From NCBI GenBank assembly GCA_050613775.1, contig JBODTK010000010.1, positions 124,001 to 188,000 on the forward strand: a stretch of 64,000 nt of DNA, given 5' to 3'. A model generated the notes under the pieces. The model ran no database searches. It was not told the DNA's origin and worked only from the letters and a program-made list of their open reading frames with translations. Made by a program: the position numbers and the translations under genes. Shown here one piece after another: positions 51,441 to 64,000 of the stretch (the stretch's first letter is position 1; the number at the start of each line of letters is the position of its first letter). The DNA is from Neocallimastix sp. 'constans'. Its lineage: Eukaryota.

Positions 51441-54400
51441 CTGATTCAAAATATTGATAAAAAAGGAAATAAATTAATAAATTTACTTTACGTATATTTA
51501 CTCTATATATCAAATATCTATTATAAATGAAAAATGGAGTCAACAGATGTATTATGAAATAGTTTATTTAATATCAAATAATACTATTTTATTATTTAAT
51601 AAAGTTTAAAAAATATTCCTATTTACTATGAATATTTATTTCAAGGTAGTATTTATTATTAAAGTTTTAATCTACATTATATAATAAAATATATAATTAA
51701 TAAAGTTACATTAAGCTGTAATCCTATTTTATTTAAAAAAAATATAATATATAATAAAATAAGATAAAACTCTAATCCTAATATTTTTATTTATATAGAG
51801 TTATTTTTTAAATTAAAATAAAAATAAAAATAGTCTTTATTATCACATATTAATTTTTAAAATAAACAATAATAATTAATTATTATTATTATTTTTTTAT
51901 TTTTCATTAATCTTTTTTTTTTTTTTTTTTTTTTTATTTTACTTTATATATATAGAGAGAGAGATATGAAATTCAATTTTAGAACAAATGATTATTGAAA
52001 ATGATGACTAATCTTTACATCTTTAAAAATACGATTTCAATTTTAGAATTGAATTTAAATAAAGAAAAAAAAAAAAGACTGTATTAATGGAGAGTATAGA
52101 ATGTATAATTTTCATTTAATATTCTTTCTAGAAATATTATTTAAACGTTTTAACTCAAATTTATATTAATTAAATAAAAAATAGTTTTAAAAAACAAAAA
52201 AAAAAAAAAAAAAAAAAAAGGAAAAAGGGTATTTTAAGAAGTAGTATAGTTTTTAATAAATTGAAATAAATAAAATATTTATTTAATATTCTTTTCTTCT
52301 TTGAGATAAAAAAAATATAATTTTTTTTTCATTTCATATATGAAGTTATTAACTAAAATTCAAATTTATAAAATAAATAATAATTATATAAAAAAAAAAA
52401 AAAAGAATAAGCTATTCTAAGAAATAGTATAGTTTCAATATTATTATTTTTTTTTTAAAGGAAAAGTCATGATTTTTTTTTTTATTATTATTATTATATT
52501 TTATTATTTTATTATTTTTATTATTTTATTTGATATAATTTGTGTAGTGAACACTAAATTCTGATAATGATTGATTTGTAGCCAATCGTTGTTGATTATA
52601 AATTAAAAATTAATAAATAAAGTTTTTATTTTATTTTATTTCTTTTTTTATTGAATTAATCATAAGGACATTAAATTAAATACAATATTAAAAAAGGTAA
52701 TTATTATATTTATATTATTAAATGAGATTAAATTTATTTATACATATATACATATTAATATATATAATATGGATGCTTTTTTTTTTTTTTCTTTAATATC
52801 CGCCATAAAAAAAGCTATAATAAACTAAATATAATTATTTTTATTTTTATTTCTTTATTTTTTATTTTAGATAAGGAATATAATGATTATATTAAATATA
52901 TAGGATAGTAAGATATTTTTTATTATAAAAAATTTTAATAATCAATGATATTATTTTTATTTTACTTTTTTTCTTTTATTAATAATAATAATAATATTAT
53001 TAAAATCCATAATTACAGAATAATTAATAAACAATGGGGAAAGAATCAATGTATTAAGTAAAAAATAATAATAATAATAATTCCATATATACATTTAGAA
53101 ATTAATATTTTTTTGTGAATGTTTACTAAAATTATTAATATTTTATATTATACTATTTTTATGATATTACTGATTTCAATTACTTTAGCTACAATTATTA
53201 TATATAAACTTTTTTATGATTTCTTTCATAATATTTCATATTCATTGATGTATGGGAACAGAAACAAACAAACAAACAATTATCAATCAATATTTATATG
53301 AAACTCTTTATGATTTTTTTTTTAAAAAAAAAAAAAAAAAAAAGGAAATAAATAAATAGTAACAAGAATAAAATTTTATTTATATAAGTTTTTTTTTTAG
53401 GTTAATCTTTAAGAAAAGAAAAAAAAAATCACATTTTAAATATAATCCATTAAGATGTTAAAACAAATGTTTAATAAAATTTTATGATTTAAAGTTATTC
53501 CGATTTTTAGATTTATATTTATATATATTTAATAATTTATTTAATAATATAATATATTTAATATTTTATAATTTATATTTCTATTTATTTTTATGATATA
53601 TTTTTTATGTAATATTTATAATTGAATATATATTATATATTTTTTATTTCTATTTTTTTTTTTTTTTGATTATTAATTTATTCCTTTTATGGATATAATA
53701 AATATAATGAATAATCTTTAAAAGAAGTTTTTTAATTTTATTTCAAATTTGATTATTTTAAATAAATAATTAAATGAATAAAAAACAATTTATATATAAA
53801 ATAAACTTTATGTGAACTTATTTTAATTATTATATTTATTAAAATTTTTAAATACATAATAAATAATACTGAATAATATAAAAGTATGACTATATAAAAT
53901 AATCTTTTTATTCTTTGTAGGAATAGATTAATAAATTAAATTTTATACTTATTACTGGTAAATAGGCATTAATAATTTTTGAAATTATTTTAATATATGA
54001 GATAAAATGTATAATTTTATAATTTTAGAGAGCTTAATTAAAAACTTTTTTTTTTTTTTTTAATTAAAATTTGAATGATTTTACTCCTTTAAAAAAAAAA
54101 ATATTGACATTGGTTTATTATTGGTAATAGTAAGGATTAGTTCGGTTAATAAAATACCTAAAATGATTAATTTCAGAATAGATATATAAATTTCGAATTT
54201 TTTTTTTAATAAAAAAAGAGAGAGAAAAAAATTAAAAATATTATATTTTTTATTTATATTTATAGTAAAAGAATAACAATAAACATTGAAAAAGAGGATA
54301 AACATTAAAATATTAAAAAATAATAAAAAAATAATAATTTACTTTTTTTTTTTTAATGAGTTTATTTATTAACATTAAAGTAACTCCCCCCAAAAAAATT

Positions 54401-57400
54401 AATGAATAAAAAAAAGGTCATCTACTTTTTTTTTTTTTTTAATTTTATTTTTAATTTTTAATTTTTAATTTTAATTTTAACTTTAATTTAAATTTTTTAT
54501 TTTATCTTTCTTTCTTTTTTTTTTTTTTTTCAATAATTAAGAAAATAGGTTTAAACTGTTTTAAATTTTATATCATAATTAAAATTTATATATAAAATAA
54601 TTATAATAATAATAATAATAATTAAAGAGAGTTGTCGTTCTGTTCTGTTACAAACTTTATATATAAAATAATTCTATAGTTTGCATTTGTTACAGAATTT
54701 AATTTATTTATTTATCTAATTATTTATTTACTTATTTATTTTATTTCATTTTTCTTTAATTAATCATATTTTATATATATTAAAATTTACTGCTATAATA
54801 AGTAATATTAACATTTGATACAAAAAGAAAATTAAAAAAAATTCTTTCTAAAACTTTTATGGATATAAGAATATATGAAAGAAATTGGAAATAGAAAATA
54901 AAAAATAAAGGATAAAAATAAAATTTGATACATTTTAGTAAATCGTATCAGAAAAATAAAGTTTGAGGAATTATCATTTTTTCTTTTTTTTCTTTTTTTT
55001 CTTTTTTTTCTTTTTTTTCTTTTTTTTTTTCCATCAATATTTTTGTATTCTTTTGTATTCCCTTGTACTCATACCACTCTTACATAAAAGGAAAAAAAAT
55101 ATTACACATCATAAATAATAATAAAAAAAAAGGATAAATAAATATACATTAAAAGTTTACTTTTTCTTTTTTTTTTTGTACCATAAATTTTTTATTTCTT
55201 AGAAACAGAAAAAAAAAATATATATATATATATATAAATGTATATATAAATTATTATTTTTACACTTTTATATATATTTTTATATTTTATATATATTTTT
55301 TTATATATATATTTAGATTTTATATTTAGATTTTTATATTTTTTTTATTTTTTTTTTTTTTACATTAAGATTTTATATATATTTTTATATTTTATATTTA
55401 AGATTTTATACATACATTTTACATTGTTTGCCTAAAAAAAAAAAAAAGATTTTTTTATTTTATTTTTTTTTGAACTGACATAGAGTTTTCTCTAAAAATA
55501 TTAGTAATAAAGTTTTTTTTTTATTTTTCCAATTATAGTAATTATGACATATCAATAATTTAATATCAAATGATTATTATTATTGTTACTATTAATTATT
55601 GTTACTATTAATTATTATTATTATTATTAAGATTTTAATAAAAGTCACACATTTAATATATTGTATAAAATTAAATTAAAAATATAAAGTTTATGATATT
55701 AAAAATTTTGTATTATTTAAAAACTTTTTTTTTTTTTAATGTTTAATACTGATCATCCATAATAAGCCAGAATTTATAAATAAATAATAATAATAAATAA
55801 ATAAATAAAAATAAATAATTAAAAATAATAAATAAATAAATAAAATAAATAAATAAATAAATAAAAATACTAAATTAAATAATTATATAATGATAATTGA
55901 TTATATTTTATAATATTTTATTTATTTTTAATTATAAACCTATTGGATAATAATAATAATAATAATAATTAAAATCTCTTAATATGAATTGATTATAATA
56001 AAGACAAAAGCGATATTAATAAAAAAAAATAATTAAATATTAAATTAATTATATTTTAATTAATAAAAATAATAAAAAGTAAATAATAAATAATAAAAAA
56101 AAAAAAAAATAAAAAAATAAAAGTAATGAAAGTTTTAAAAAATAATTTCTTAATAAAATTAAATAGTAATTAATTTCAGTAGAATAAAAATAAAAAGAAT
56201 GATTTGCTTTCCAATATTTAATTTTTTTTTTAATTAAATTAATTCTATTATTTATTTTTAAACTTTTTTATCTTTTTCTTTTTTTTATTTTTTTTTTTTT
56301 ATCTTTCTATTTATTTTTTATTTTTTATTTTTTAATGTAGATTTACATACATATTTTTATGAATTAAATGACTCTATTTTATTTTTTTATTAAAAAATTT
56401 TTTTCTATCTATTTATTTTTATTCTATTTATTTATTTATTAATAATTATCTATTAATATTTATCTATTAATATTTATCTATTAATATTTATTGTTTGATT
56501 TAATTGAATGATAATTATTTTATGGATAACTTATTGAAAATAATGGATAGTTTAGTCATTTCTATTGAAAGTTTAGAAATTTTTATTGACTACTATTCCA
56601 CCTTTTATTTCATTTTATTCTTTTTTTTTTTTTTTTTCCTATTATTATATTCGTATTATCAAAATCCCTTAATGTATCAATTTTTTTATAGAGATATAAT
56701 AGTAAAATAAAAGTTTAATTTATAAAATTATATGTTATCTATTTATATCCATTTTTACATTAAATATTCCAAAGGTATCAATTTAAACGTATACATAATA
56801 AAAATAAGTAAATAAATAAATAATAAATAAATAAATACATTAATGATAAATAAATATATTATTAATAAATAAATATATTATTAATAAATAAATACATTAT
56901 TAATAAATAAATACATCAATAATATAATAAATAAATTAATAAATTAGTATATATAATTAATGAAGTAAAAATTATACCATTTCTTATTATAGTAATTTTT
57001 TTAATTTTCATTATCATTCTTATATTTTTATATATATTTATAAAATAAATATTAATGCTTTCAATTCTGCACCTACATTAAAAGTTGACAAATTCTCACT
57101 GACTCATAAATAATTCAAATACCATTATTATAATACTATATATATAAATATATATTTTTATTTTTTTACAAATAAAATAAAATAAATAATAAATAAATAA
57201 ATAATAAATAAATAAATAATTCTTTAATAATAGTAGTAACATTACAGAAACTTATAAAAGTTGATATTTAATATTAAGGGTTCACTATAATAATACTAAT
57301 ATTAAATTTTTATAATTATTATTTTACAGCTTTATTTTTAGTTTTGTATAATTAATATTAATTTTTTAAGTAATTAAATAAAAAAAAAAATAAATAAAAA

Positions 57401-57451
57401 AGTACAGAAAAAATATATAAATATGAAATACTTTTGTTCAATGAAAAAAAA

Positions 57452-57840
57452 GTTTTATGTTTTTTAATTATTATATTTAAAATATAAACATGACAAATTG
57501 ATACAAAAAAAAAAAATTAAATAAATAAAAATAAAATAAAATAAAATAAAATAAAATAAAATAAATATATAATGATATATAATAATAATAATAAATATAT
57601 TTTATTCTTTAGGAAAAAACTATAAAAAAAAGTTTTTTTTTTTTCTTCTTCTTATTTTATGTTTTTTAATTATTATATTTAAAATATAAACATGACAAAT
57701 TAATACAAAATAAATAAATAAATAAATAAATAAAATAAAATAAAATAAAATAAATATATAATTACATATATAATAATAATAATAATAAATATATTTTATT
57801 CTATAAAAAAAAGTTTTTTTTTCTTCTTCTTCTTATTTTT
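57452..57840. repeat. Imperfect direct duplication (~200 bp x2)
   Basis: ttttatgttttttaattattatatttaaaatataaacatgacaaatt at about 57453 and 57655. Confidence 0.8.
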
Positions 57841-58476
57841 ATTATTATTTTCATTATAATTAAAATCAGTTAACATTCAAAGGTAAATTTCATATTTCAT
57901 AAAATTTTCTATTAATATTTTGTCTCTCAATCTTTATTAAAAAATTTTATTAATTTATGATAACCATTATTATGATATCATGATATCATATATTAATTTT
58001 AGTTTACTACTACTACTACTACTACTATTATTTTATTTTATTTTATTTTATGCATAGGAATTAATAAAAGATAAATTATTTTTTTTTATAAAGTTAATTT
58101 CTCAATTAATTATTATTAATAGAATGATGATGATTATTACTAGTTTCTATTATTTATTTATTATTTATTTAATTATTTCCTATTTATTTATTATGTAAAG
58201 GTTAGATATATATTTTCAATAATTTAAATTTTGGATTTTATTAATAATAATAATAATAATTAATATATCAATAAAACTTTTTTACTAATAGCTAAAAACA
58301 ATAACATATATAAAAAATGAAATCATAATAATAATAATAATATATAATAATATAAAAAAAATAAAAAAAAAAATAGATTCTATTTATTATTATTTCATAT
58401 TATTATAATTACTTGTTAATCCTGAAAGCAATAATTATATGGCTTTATTTATATATTAATTATTATTATTTAATTG

Positions 58477-59150
58477 GATACCGCATTTGGTTTCAGCCCC
58501 TCAGGTGCAAGTGTTGAATATTGAGGTAGTCACACACTTCCTTTTTATAAAGGCAGAATTGTATAATTGTCCCTACTGGACGACTTTACTGATTGTTTCA
58601 GCATTGGCACTCGGATACCCATATTATTGCTAAGAATATTTCTCGTACTTTTTCTCCGAGTGCTTCTTTGAAGCGAGGCCAATATAATCTAACCCATAGA
58701 GTTTCATATTAGCACCCTTGGCAAATGCGATCCATGTCAGAAAGAAATACAAATTAATAGAAAAATAATATATTTATATCACAGGTTAGAATATATATAT
58801 CTACATGGACACATGAAATCATGTACCTAAACACTAGTAATTCCCTCTTAAATATACCGTACTGGGGCAACCCTCTCAATGAGTTCAAGTTTAAGTATCT
58901 ATGCTAACAGTCATTATCTATAGAAGGTATAGAAGGGGGACATTCTTAGGGGATCGTGCATTTTGCAAAATGCACAAATGCGAAACGCTCTAGATTCCAT
59001 TCTTACCTGTAACCCAAACCACTATATTCCAAAAAAACCTCTTGTGAGGAAAACCTGGAAAATGGTCATAGGGAGGGATCAAACCAAGGAGCTTTATATA
59101 TGCTAGCCCATGGACTAACAACAAGAATAGAACCTTGGTTCCATATATAT
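58477..59150 (-). mobile_element. GC-richer island, probably a LINE-related 3'-end remnant
   Basis: Reverse strand carries caatgctgaa...ccagtaggg, matching caatgctgaa...ccagcaggg (8034-8068) and caatgctgaa...ctagtaggg (38010-38047); no long ORF. Confidence 0.5.
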
Positions 59151-62100
59151 ATCAGAAAATTAAATATCCACTTTTTTTTTTTTTTTTTTTTTTTTATTTT
59201 ATTTTTTATATTTTTATTAATTTATTATATAATGATACAACTTTATACAATTATCAATACAAAAAAAAAATAATGAAAAATAATGAAAAGTAATAATAAT
59301 AATACATAATAATAATAATAATCATACATAAAAATAATAAAACTAATAATAATGAATATATAAATAATAATAATGATAATAATACATAATAATAATAATG
59401 AGATTATTCAAATCCTTTGATATAGCCAGTGTAACCAATGACATTAAAAATTTTCTTTTAGATTTAGAATCAAAACTTAAAATTTAATTTAGCTGGTGAT
59501 ACAAAAAAAAAAAAAAAATTTATTATTTTTTTTTTTTTTTTATGTTCCATTAAATAAATTAATTTATATATTATATTAATTTAATTTAGTATGGAATCTT
59601 TTTATGATAATTTTTTTTGTTTATTTTTATTTATTTTTTTTTTAACATTATATAGTTATGAGAATTAGAAAAGGTTGAAGATTCAATCTTATGGTCATTT
59701 AATTTGGTATAAATCTATTCATTATTTATTTTTATACTATATTATATACATTATTAGAAGGTTATAGGGCCATTATATCTTCAAATACTTTTATATATAT
59801 TTTATGTAAATACATTTTTTTTTTAAGGTCTATAGATTAATAATAATGAAAGAATAACAATATAAATATTATAATATTATAAACATTATAAACAAAACAT
59901 TATAAACATAATAAAATATATAATATAAAAAAAAAAAAAGAAAAAAAAGAAAAAAGAAAATAAAATATTTTAGATTATATCATATTGACATCATAGTGTA
60001 TGTAAATATATATCATTTTTATTAATTTATATTTAATATATATTTTTTATATATATATATATAACTTTGCTTTTATTATTTTATATTTCAATAGGTATCA
60101 ATTTTAAGTGATCAATAAATTACTATAATATTAAATACCTATTTATACAAAGTATCTACAGATATTGTTAAAATTTCTCTTTAATTATTGTTTATTTTAT
60201 TATATTTAAATATAAAATTTAATAAAGATTTAATATACAGATCATTTAAATCATAAAATTCTTTGTTAATATTATAAAATAAATATTTATATTTATATAG
60301 AAAGCATTTAATAAATTAATAATATTAATATTGATTATTTATTTGTCATTTATTTATTTATTAGTCATTTATTTATTTGTTATTTATTTATTTATTTGTT
60401 ATTTATTTATTTATTTATTTATTTGTTATTTATTTATTTATTTAAAATTAAATTTTTTAAATATAATGTTAAAAATATATATATATATATTTTAGGCAAT
60501 TATTTTATTTATAATAATACTTATTACTAATACTAATAATTATAATATTATAAATGGATTATTTTTTAATATTAATTGATAAATACATTATTAAAAGGTA
60601 TATCAAAATTCCACTTTATATATATATATATTTATTAGTGAATCATTAAAGTATTATTAATTTAATACAATATATGAAAAATTCATCATACTTATTTATT
60701 ATTATTATTTTTTTTTTTTAAAAAAAAAAAAATTAGTCAATAAAATCTAAAATAATATAAATCTTTTCTGTATTTATTGAGTCATGATTTAAAGATTGCA
60801 TCACCTCGGTTTAATTATCACTTTCTAATCTAATTATTAAATTAATAATAACGATAAGAAAATTCCATTAAATAGTAATTTTTATTATTGTTATTATTAT
60901 TTCTTATTTCTTATTTCTTATTTTAATTAGTTTTGTCTACCAAAAAATATTATACTTTTAGGCATTAACATTACCATTTTTAACAGTTGAAAATATAATA
61001 TATTGATATATGTATATTAATAATATGAAAAAAATTATATATATATAAAGAAATGATTAGGAAAAATTAAAAAGTTAATGAATATAACTTCAATTAAAAA
61101 AAAAATAATAATAATAATAAACATCTATTATTTGTAATCTATCTATTTTAGAAAAAATATTATTACAAAAAACTAATTAATCAATAAATAGCTTTTGTTT
61201 TTTTTTTAATTTTATTTTTTTTCTTTTAAAAATATATATACATTTTTTTATATTAGAAAATATAATTAAGAGTTAAAATAAAATAAAATAAAAAAAAAAA
61301 AAAAATTAAAATCCACTTTTAATGTAATATCCATTATTTAAATCTAATTTTAAAAAAAAAAAAAAAACAATATATATATGTATGTATATATATTGTTTTT
61401 TTTTTTATATTTTTTAAAATTTTGAAATATGGTGAATGTTAATGAAATAAAAATGATATAACATGATAATAAAAACTTTAATTATTAATAAATTATTTTG
61501 TGAATAATTACACAAAAAATAAATTAGATTAATTACTATAACGTGATATAAAATAGATTTATGTAAAATCATAAATTCTATACGAATATATAAAATTAAT
61601 ATAAATATAAAATTTATATAACATATAAAAAATTTAAAAATTTTAAAAGTTTTATTTTAATTATTTTATTTGCATTATATTTTTATATGATATAATTATA
61701 ATTATTATAATTATTATTAATCTTTTATTATTTATATTTTATTTTTTATAATCTTCAACATAATAATTAATTCTTATTGTTTTAAAATGGTTTTTAATTA
61801 AGGAGTATTATTATATAAAGAATACTTTTTTCTTTTTATTTATTCTTTGTCTTTTTCAACAATATTATATTTATGTAATAATAAGAATATGATATTCTAA
61901 ATATTAATATTTTAAATTAAATAAAAATAGTTTATAATAAATAAATTAATAAGTTATATTCTTCTGTCTCCCTAAAAGAACTTCAAGGAACCAGAGTTAT
62001 ATTATTAATCAAAATGGATTTATGATACATTAAATATAATTTTTTTTTTAAAATAAATAAATAAATAAATAATAAATAGATAAATAAATAAATAAATAGA

Positions 62101-64000
62101 TAAATAAATAAGACTTATATTAATATAATTAGTAATAATAGTTATAAATATTTTTATTACTATTTTTTGGTTTTGGTTTTGGTTTCGGTTTATTTTTAAA
62201 AAACACAAACATTTTTTTATTTTTTATTTTTTTTTTTTTTTTGAATTTTTATACTTTTTAAACTCAGAATTTACAAAAAAATAATAATAATAATAATATA
62301 TATATTATTATAATTTTTATTTTTATATATATATATATAAAGAAAAATTAAAAAAATTAAAAAAAGGAAAATTAAAATTTTTGTATTTTGTATCCATATT
62401 CTATTAAAAGTTTAAAATATTTTAAATATATTTTAATATTTTTTTTTTATATTTAACAAAAAATTAAATATTTTAAAAATTTTAATTAATAATTTTTTTC
62501 TATATTGGGTGACAGTTTTATTTTTTTTTTTAATTTAATATTTTATTAATTTTATTTTTTTATTAATTTATTATTATTATTAATTTTTTTTATAATAATA
62601 ATAATAATAATAAAAATAAAAATAAAAATATTAACAATGATTAACAAATAAAAATAAAACAAACAAAGCAGAAAGAAATTAATAAAAAAAAAAAAAAATT
62701 AATAATAATATTAAATTGAAAAAAAAGAGAAATTTAAACTAACTTTTATTTTATTTTATTTTTTATTTTTAAATTAAAATAAATACTATTTATTTTTATT
62801 TTATTTTTATTGTTTATTTTTTGTGTTTGTTTTCGTTGTTTTTTTTTTTAATTAAAAATTTCTGATCTTACACTATAAATTATTGTACTTTTATTTATAA
62901 TATACTAAAAAAATAATAATAATAAATAATAATAATAAATAATAATAATAAATAGATAAATAATGTAAAAGTTTAATATTTATTCTTGATTTTATTTTTG
63001 TTAAATCTTAATAACATAATAAATATATATATATATTATATTTTAAATATTATATGATGAAGAGTAAAGTAATAATAAAAAAAAAAAAAAAATGAAAAAA
63101 GATAAAAAAAATAGCATTTAATATATATTTGAATATCATCATAAATAAAATAATGAATTAATAGACTTATAAATTATAAAATTAATTCATAAAATTTTTA
63201 TACATCAAAAATAAATATATAAATATTTAAAAAAAAAAAAAAAATTAGATAGTATTAATCATATTAATATGTCGCTGAATTAATTTTTAATATTATTCTT
63301 TTTATTGAACTTTTTTTTTTTTTTTTTTTTTTTTATTATTAATTTTTTGATTAATACATACATACATACATATATATAATTTTTTTTTTATCCAAGAATT
63401 TCTACAGAGAATGTGGTTTAATCCTTTGTAATAATTAAAAAAATGTATTTTTTTTCTTAATTATACACGTTAATATAATAATAAAGTTTTTTCTTTTTAT
63501 TATTATTATTTTTTTTTTTAATATTTCTTATATACCTCTAAAAAAAAAAAAAAAAATTTAATAAATATATTATTATTCATTATAATAAATATATGTTATA
63601 AAGGTCCTTGAAAAAAAAAATAAAAACTCAAATATATATATATATGTTAAGAGTCATGAATTTATGGTTTATAATAATGTCAACTTTATTAAAATATTTT
63701 ATGATAAAGAATTACTAAGCACTTAATTATTCTAAATTAAATGCTTTTATATTAATACAATGTGGCTTATACATTAATTATCTTACAATATCTTTCAATA
63801 CATTTGAAGCTTATTTTTCATAATATTCTAACAATATATATATATATATGAATATTATTATTGAGTTAAGGTTTTAATTTTCCATGAATTCCATAACTTT
63901 CTTACTCAATTTAATTGAAAGTTTTAATTAACTATTTTAAATTATTAGAATTATAGTTATTATGGATACTTTTAAAATTATAATTTTTTTTTTTTAAAAA

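Noticed and set aside
43600..64000. Short ORFs in the distal 20 kb (48170, 50568, 53119, 54081, 56504, 62020)
   Set aside because: Low-complexity I/F/Y/K/N composition expected by chance in AT-rich DNA; no GC elevation or motifs; small exons cannot be fully excluded.

Overview
Extremely AT-rich eukaryotic DNA, most consistent with an anaerobic gut fungus (Neocallimastigomycota). This is inferred from the base composition, secreted S8 proteases with hevein/CBM18 modules, a decayed fungal dockerin and a GT-AG intron. (1) About 0.6-15.8 kb is a tandem array of four related gene units: one short coiled-coil gene and three paralogs carrying a hypervariable, always in-frame Q/N/G/V repeat region in front of the coiled coil. 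The units share upstream blocks and a conserved double hairpin just past the stop codon, with compensatory stem changes and an inverted loop. Three of the four are followed by 3' fragments of LINE retrotransposons from different families, and MITE-like inverted-repeat elements lie between them. (2) 19-27 kb holds two tandem single-ORF subtilisin-like proteases sharing an unnamed 10-Cys domain, which also occurs as a stand-alone, apparently GPI-anchored but frameshifted gene at 32.9 kb. (3) 28.7-30.5 kb is a core-plus-(TAAAA)n satellite with dispersed inverted copies. (4) There follow a dockerin pseudogene (31 kb), a long decayed LINE reverse transcriptase (35-38 kb) and a two-exon 7TM GPCR-like gene (41.9-43.5 kb). 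(5) The last ~20 kb has no credible gene, only one GC-richer LINE-related island at 58.5-59.2 kb. No rRNA, tRNA or CRISPR was found. All alignments were done by eye.
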